A stretch of DNA of 64,000 nucleotides from Nibricoccus sp. (GTDB lineage Bacteria; Verrucomicrobiota; Verrucomicrobiia; Opitutales; Opitutaceae): contig JASGHG010000001.1 of NCBI GenBank assembly GCA_047602425.1, positions 3,808,001-3,872,000 on the forward strand, read 5' to 3'. The notes under the pieces were generated by a model, which was given only the letters and a program-made list of their open reading frames with translations, ran no database searches and was not told the origin of the DNA. The stretch's first letter is position 1. Each line of letters begins with the position of its first letter. The position numbers and the translations under genes were made by a program. This document shows positions 59,120 to 64,000 of this stretch, in pieces.

Positions 59120-60787
59120 TTACGGCGCCTTCAACAGCTCCGGATGTCCGGCGCGGGCGAGATGGGTTTGGATCTTGGCGCGGGTTTCGGCGGAATTGTC
59201 GACAGAAACAATTTTTTCGAGCAACTCCGAGGCGTGGGCAAAATCACCCGCGCCGACCAAGGCTTCAAGGTCCTTGGACGCGGAGCGTGCGGCATGCTGT
59301 TTTAATCTCTGTATCTCGGCGGTGGGCAGGCCACCGAGAAGATCTGTATTGGAGACGGCGTTGAATTGGCGGACGATGGATTCGTAGGGATATGCGGAGA
59401 CTAACTCGTTGTAACGTTTCGCCTCCAGCAGCTGATCCTTGACGTCATACCCGAGGGTTTTTCGGCGCTTATCGTCCGGTGCCAACGAATCGAAAAGCGC
59501 GAGCGTTTTTTCCTGAGCGCCGAGGGAACGATTGAGAGTCGCAAAATCCTTCAAAGCATCGCGGTCCTTGGCATTTGCCAGAAGGCGTTGCTCAGCCTTG
59601 TCGCGTCGCTCCTGCAGCGCAGCCAGAGCCGGGGGATAGTTCCTTCCTAGTTCGGCAATCGAACTGAGTAGGAAGCTGCTGCGAACACCCCTGTACTTGT
59701 CCATCTGCGGCATTCCAGTGTCGAAGCACCAAAGGTAGTCGGCCAGCGCTTCGTCATACCGCCCGGCCCGAGCGAGCTGTTTGGCATTGTTGAAGCGGGC
59801 TTGGACAGATTCGTCGGTAATAATTTCCTTGGACGTCATGGCGGTCTTTTTATCGATGATGATCGATGAAGTGACGGAGAGAAGTTTTTCGTTGTCGTTG
59901 TCGGCCTCGTCGGCGCGTTTCTTTTCGGCGGCCAGTTGGGACTTCAGGCTATCGAGCTGGGTTTGAAACGCGACTTGGCGTTCGCGCATCGAAGCGGCTT
60001 CGGCGCGGGAAGTATGTAATTGCTGGTTTTGGTAAAGGGCGGTGCCGATGGCGATAAGGGCGGCGATGGTCGTGGCGGTGGCGATGAGTTTGGCGGAGGA
60101 CATGATTTTTAGAAGACTGAAGGCAGTGACGGCGACGGCGGTGGAAGCGAGCGCGGTGGACGTGATTGTGGCGCCGAGTTGGGCGGGCGCGGCGAGGGCG
60201 GCAGGGACGGCCAGAGTGGTGGCAAGCGCAGCGGCGGTGGATTTTACGCCCCGTCGGGCGAGGGAAGTTTCAAGTTGTTCGAGGGCTCGGGTGACGCGCA
60301 TGCGCGCGGCGTTTTCGCCGAGACGCAGGGTGTCGCCGATTTCTGAATACGGGCGGTTTTCGAAATAACGCAGGAGTACGGCCTCGCGGTCGTCGGGCTC
60401 AAGATCGGCGAGGGCATCGTCGATGACCGGGCGAATTTGCGACCAAGCCCGATCGTTGGCCTCGGCGGCGGTGAGTTCGTTCATCGCGTGGCACGTTTGT
60501 TCGCGCTGTACGCGGCGTTGTTCGGCGCGCATGAGTTCGCGTGCCTGGTTGCAGGCGGCGGTGTGCAGCCAGCCGGCGAGGTTCGGGTGGTTGACAAGCG
60601 AACCGGCTTTTTGAGCCAAAAGAGTGAACGTAGCCTGTGCGGCTTCCTCGGCGTTGTGGGAATGACCGTTGGTTTTCCGAAGCGCGGCGAAATAGACGAG
60701 GTTAAGATGCCGTTGCACGAGTTCGGCGAAGGCGTCATCGGCGCGGGTTTCGGCAAATCGGCGGAGCAGGGAGGCATCATCGTTCAT
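59120..60787 (-). CDS. ECF sigma factor with TM helix, coiled coil and TPR-like C-terminal extension
   Basis: AFAELVQRH...AEEAAQATF...WLH; DREAVLLRYF...IGDTLRLGENAARMRVTRA; TM; AKQLARAGRYDEALADYLW. Confidence 0.88.
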   Translation of the reverse strand: MNDDASLLRRFAETRADDAFAELVQRHLNLVYFAALRKTNGHSHNAEEAAQATFTLLAQKAGSLVNHPNLAGWLHTAACNQARELMRAEQRRVQREQTCHAMNELTAAEANDRAWSQIRPVIDDALADLEPDDREAVLLRYFENRPYSEIGDTLRLGENAARMRVTRALEQLETSLARRGVKSTAAALATTLAVPAALAAPAQLGATITSTALASTAVAVTAFSLLKIMSSAKLIATATTIAALIAIGTALYQNQQLHTSRAEAASMRERQVAFQTQLDSLKSQLAAEKKRADEADNDNEKLLSVTSSIIIDKKTAMTSKEIITDESVQARFNNAKQLARAGRYDEALADYLWCFDTGMPQMDKYRGVRSSFLLSSIAELGRNYPPALAALQERRDKAEQRLLANAKDRDALKDFATLNRSLGAQEKTLALFDSLAPDDKRRKTLGYDVKDQLLEAKRYNELVSAYPYESIVRQFNAVSNTDLLGGLPTAEIQRLKQHAARSASKDLEALVGAGDFAHASELLEKIVSVDNSAETRAKIQTHLARAGHPELLKAP

Positions 60788-60807
60788 CGGTTACATGGGG
60801 GTTATGG

Positions 60808-60830
60808 CCGCCCGATGAACAAACCGCACA
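60808..60830 (-). promoter_or_regulatory. Putative ECF-dependent promoter TGTGCGG-N12-GCGG (copy 3)
   Basis: Minus strand tgtgcgg-tttgttcatcgg-gcgg, 20 nt before ATG 60787. Confidence 0.6.
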
Positions 60831-60896
60831 GAAAAGTCTAAAGGAAGACGGAATTATCCGCGGAGCACGGATGCGCCGAAAGTCGAATGCGAATTC

Positions 60897-61640
60897 CTAG
60901 CTTTTGTACCAAAGGAAAAAGGCTGCGAGCAACGCGATGGCAGCAATATGATAAGCGATGCGTCGCATGCGGCGGCGCCTGCGCTGGAGCTGCTTGTTGA
61001 GCAAGTACTGCCGGCCGATTTCTCCGTTCGCCTCGGCCGCTTTCGGGCGGCTGAAATCGTGAACGAGCGTGGGATTTGCGATACGTTTGAAAGCGGCGAG
61101 AAAAACTTCCCATTTGATACCGCTCAACAGAGGCGAAAGCTGTTGGTAGGCGTAGCGCGGCTCCTGCACGAAGCGAGGGAAGTTGAGAAAGGTGAAGGGA
61201 ATTTCGTGCGCGACGAGGGTTTGGACCAAATCGTGAAAAACCGTCGCCAGCGCCGCTTTTTGTTTTGCGGGATCGTCGGTGAGCCAGAGGTCGCCGGGGA
61301 CGGTGCCGTCGCGGCCTCCGATGCGAACGCGGCTGAGGGCTGCGGCGTCCAAATTGCGAATCGGAATAAACGCGTGATCAATTTCCACGAGACCTGAGGC
61401 GAGCAGCGGGGCGAGCTGATTGCAAAGCGCCGGATTCTTCACGATGTAAGGCGAATCGGGATCGGTGATGTCGTGTTCCAAGCCCGCCTGACAGTGCTCG
61501 TCGAATTCCTTTTGCCAGGAATTCCGGGTGAATCCCGTATCGAGTCCGAGTTCCGTCAACAATCGCACGAGGAACGTCGTTCCAGTCCGGCCTGTGCCGG
61601 TGATAATTATTTTTCGGCGGAGAATGGTGGTTGAAGGCAT
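60897..61640 (-). CDS. Sulfotransferase-like P-loop protein with C-terminal TM anchor
   Basis: IIITGTGRTGTTFL, IVKNP, IPIRN...SR; basic stretch then hydrophobic C-terminus. Confidence 0.6.
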   Translation of the reverse strand: MPSTTILRRKIIITGTGRTGTTFLVRLLTELGLDTGFTRNSWQKEFDEHCQAGLEHDITDPDSPYIVKNPALCNQLAPLLASGLVEIDHAFIPIRNLDAAALSRVRIGGRDGTVPGDLWLTDDPAKQKAALATVFHDLVQTLVAHEIPFTFLNFPRFVQEPRYAYQQLSPLLSGIKWEVFLAAFKRIANPTLVHDFSRPKAAEANGEIGRQYLLNKQLQRRRRRMRRIAYHIAAIALLAAFFLWYKS

Positions 61641-61931
61641 GCAGCAGCTCCAGCCAAGGACTTTGACAGACCTGGTTTTTTTAAGGCTTTCGCCCTCCTT
61701 GATCGTAGAACTGACAACAAAGACGCGAAATCTCGTGTGCTGTTACTTAAATTTTGAGCTGAATTTTCAAACCCCCTTTAACAGCGAGATTACTGCCAGC
61801 ATTGGTGCTTTCTTATGGACCACCGGAGCGCGCGCAAAAGTACCGGCAACGTTTCCCCGGCTCTGGCTTTTTTACCAGAGACTCGAAGCCTCAAGAACAA
61901 CTTTCCCTCCGGAGAAAGGCCCGGCCGCTCT

Positions 61932-62975
61932 TCACTTTGGCGGTTGCAGATCGATGAACGTCGGCTCGTCGCGGTTGCAGGTGAGTTTGCCTTCCTGCTC
62001 GTGGAGTTCGACGACGAGGATGGAACTGCGCCGGGTGTCGACGGAGTCTTTCTTTTCGTTGCCGGGCGTGCGACCGGGATGGGTGAAATAGAAAAGATAG
62101 GCGCGGTCATTGTTCACGACGACGTCGCAATGACCTCCTTTGACGCCGTCATCGGCGCCTTTGCCTGGTTCAGCCAAAAGGTTCCCCCCTGGCTGGCGCG
62201 TCCAGTTGAGCAGGTCGTCGGAACGATAAACGGCGAGGCCGCGCCAGACGTCGGTGATCATCCAGAAGGAGTTTTTCCAGCGGAAAACCTTGGGACCCTC
62301 GCCGGGCTGGTCGTGCACGGCTTTGCCTTTGTCGGTCCAGATTTTCAGGTCGGGGCTGTCGGCATAGTAGATGGATTTGCGGTCCTTTTCGTTGTTGTAC
62401 CACAGCCGCCAGTTGCCGTCGGGTAGTTGATAGGCGCAAGCATCGATCACTTTGTCGGTGGCGAGTGTAAGCGGAACGGCGTTGGACCATTTGCGTAGAT
62501 CGGTGCTGGTGAGATGCACAATGGTGCGCGGATGTTTCCAGTCCTCGAAGACGCCGGGGACGACGGTGAGAAACATGTGGTGCGTACCATCGGGCGCGGT
62601 GAAAACGTCGGGCGCCCAATGGGTGGGATAGTTGCTCGCAAGCTCGACGGGCAGATCGATGTCGGCGGTGCCGAGGTACGACCAGGTGGCGCCGTGGTCG
62701 GAGGATTCGGCAATGCCGATCTTCGTGCCGTGAACCCAGGCGACGCCGGAAAGACCTTCGGCTTTGGCGCGGCGGTTGGTGTAGAACATCCACCAGCGTT
62801 TGACGTGGGGATTCCAGATGACGACTGGATCGGCTGCGCCGTCAAAAACGGGATCGCGGAAGAGCGGTTGCGGCGCGGGCTTGCCGGCGGGTTTTGCCGG
62901 CTCGGCAAAAGCGCAGATGGTGGCGAGGCAGGCGAGGGCGAAGAAAAACGGTTTCAGAGAGAGGCGCAAAAGCAT
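61932..62975 (-). CDS. Five-bladed beta-propeller glycoside hydrolase (GH43/GH32-like)
   Basis: Signal peptide; GAADP, WAPDV, VIDA, GEGPKVF, HCDV. Confidence 0.8.
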   Translation of the reverse strand: MLLRLSLKPFFFALACLATICAFAEPAKPAGKPAPQPLFRDPVFDGAADPVVIWNPHVKRWWMFYTNRRAKAEGLSGVAWVHGTKIGIAESSDHGATWSYLGTADIDLPVELASNYPTHWAPDVFTAPDGTHHMFLTVVPGVFEDWKHPRTIVHLTSTDLRKWSNAVPLTLATDKVIDACAYQLPDGNWRLWYNNEKDRKSIYYADSPDLKIWTDKGKAVHDQPGEGPKVFRWKNSFWMITDVWRGLAVYRSDDLLNWTRQPGGNLLAEPGKGADDGVKGGHCDVVVNNDRAYLFYFTHPGRTPGNEKKDSVDTRRSSILVVELHEQEGKLTCNRDEPTFIDLQPPK

Positions 62976-63048
62976 GTTCCCATCTTTCGATTCCGCCGTC
63001 GCAGCGCAACCGCGCAGAAAAATGACCGTTGGATGAATGTATCCCGAA

Positions 63049-63332
63049 GGCAGAGTAACCCATTAGGTTACTTTGTCTTTGGAGACGTTATTCGCCACAG
63101 AAAGCGCAGAAGACGCAAAAGCGGTGGGAGGGAGGGCGGATTCTTTGCGTATCTTGGCGGACTTGGTGTGAAAACGGTTTGGATCCGGGCCGTTTTGAAC
63201 AGAAGGCCGCGAAGGGAACGAAGCGTTTTTTGGGACTGCTCAGTCGAGTGTCTTGGCTCGGTTGAAGAATCGAGCAACGAACCTTTGTGCGGGTAGGTGA
63301 CAGCCGCTTCGTTTCCGTCGTTGGCTTCTGTT
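63049..63332. repeat. Cluster of intergenic palindromes and inverted repeats
   Basis: agagtaacccattaggttacttt palindrome; cgcagaagacgcaaaa/tttgcgtatctt pair; aacagaaggccgcgaagggaacgaagcg (63198-63225) vs inverted 63305-63332. Confidence 0.65.
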
Positions 63333-64000
63333 AAATGGTTTTCCGTTTGCGCAGAGCGAAGACGAGGGCGAGGGCGCCGAGGAACCAAGTGCTCGGGGCG
63401 CCACCACCGCCACCACCGCTGGGTGGCGGGACTGAGCCGGAGGAGGAGCCGCCGCCTGACGAGGACGAACTGCTGGAAGACGAACTCGAGCTGCTCGACG
63501 ATGAACTGGAGGAGGACGACGAACTCGATGAAGAAGAACTGGAACTACTCGACGAACTGGACGATGAGGAACTGCTGCTGCTGGACGAGGAAACATTAAT
63601 AACGAAGGGCGAGCTGACAATCGTGGTTCCGCCACCGCTCGTCAGTACGGCCGTGTAGGTGCCGGAGTGGTTCGTTTGTGCATTGGCGACGGTGTACGAC
63701 AGTGAGTTTGCGCCGGGGATATCGAAGTTGTTGAGGCGCCATTGGAAGCCGGTGATGGCGGACACGCTCGTGACAGAGTTAAGGGTGAACGAGGAGCCAG
63801 GGACAACATTGGAAGTCGGGCCGGTAATACTGGCCGTAAAGACCGGCAGCGACGGCGACGCGGCGCCGAAGGTGTTGCCGGCGTAGCTTACGATGGTGGT
63901 GGCGACGTCGGCCGTCGGAATAAGCGCATAGGAGTAGTTCGGTGTGAACACGATGTCGTTGCCGGTGTCGGGCGCGATGCCGGTGCAGTTGGTATAGCTG
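63331..64000 (-). CDS. C-terminal part of a surface glycan-active protein (pectate-lyase-like end, Ig domain, 45-Ser linker, GlyGly-type sorting tail); partial
   Basis: VFTPNYSYALIPTADV...AG resembles a PL1 C-terminus; Ig motif FQWRLN..DIPGA....YTV.NAQ..HSGTYT; Ser45; GGGGGGAPSTWFLGALALVFALRKRK. Confidence 0.75.
   Translation of the reverse strand, partial: SYTNCTGIAPDTGNDIVFTPNYSYALIPTADVATTIVSYAGNTFGAASPSLPVFTASITGPTSNVVPGSSFTLNSVTSVSAITGFQWRLNNFDIPGANSLSYTVANAQTNHSGTYTAVLTSGGGTTIVSSPFVINVSSSSSSSSSSSSSSSSSSSSSSSSSSSSSSSSSSSSSSSSSSSSSGGGSSSGSVPPPSGGGGGGAPSTWFLGALALVFALRKRKTI

Noticed and set aside
58679..59305. Cys/Leu-rich 208-aa ORF
   Set aside because: By-product of the 21-bp periodicity; begins mid-array after a stop and overlaps ECF3 antisense
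63335..63658. Acidic E/D/L-rich ORF
   Set aside because: Antisense reading of the poly-Ser linker

Overview
A 64-kb GC-rich bacterial chromosomal segment, most likely from an Opitutaceae (Verrucomicrobiota). This is inferred from the Opitutus-type TonB-dependent receptor, DUF5069/DUF3568-like proteins, the GGGGGAPSxWF C-terminal tail and membrane-anchored ECF sigma factors. Housekeeping genes (aroE, maf, an RluA-type synthase, comEC, rarA, accA, a cyclophilin, trpB, yicC, ybeY, serA, plsY, hom) are interspersed with glycan-utilisation genes, a large multi-PAS hybrid kinase, an NfeD/flotillin pair and several IS and REP-like elements. The most interesting region is 52.6-60.9 kb. It has an intact IS481 inserted in the loop of a GTAG-REP hairpin. 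Two tandem two-gene units follow, each an ECF sigma factor fused through a TM helix and coiled coil to a TonB C-terminal domain, plus a paralogous membrane-anchored partner. A third membrane-anchored ECF lies on the opposite strand. All three ECF genes share an upstream TGTGCGG-N12-GCGG motif, and an indel-free array of 26 degenerate 21-bp units fills most of the gap between the convergent genes. Single-base frameshifts in a lacI-type gene and ybeY may be sequencing errors. I recognised no rRNA, tRNA or CRISPR array. All protein family calls are by eye from motifs, not database searches.
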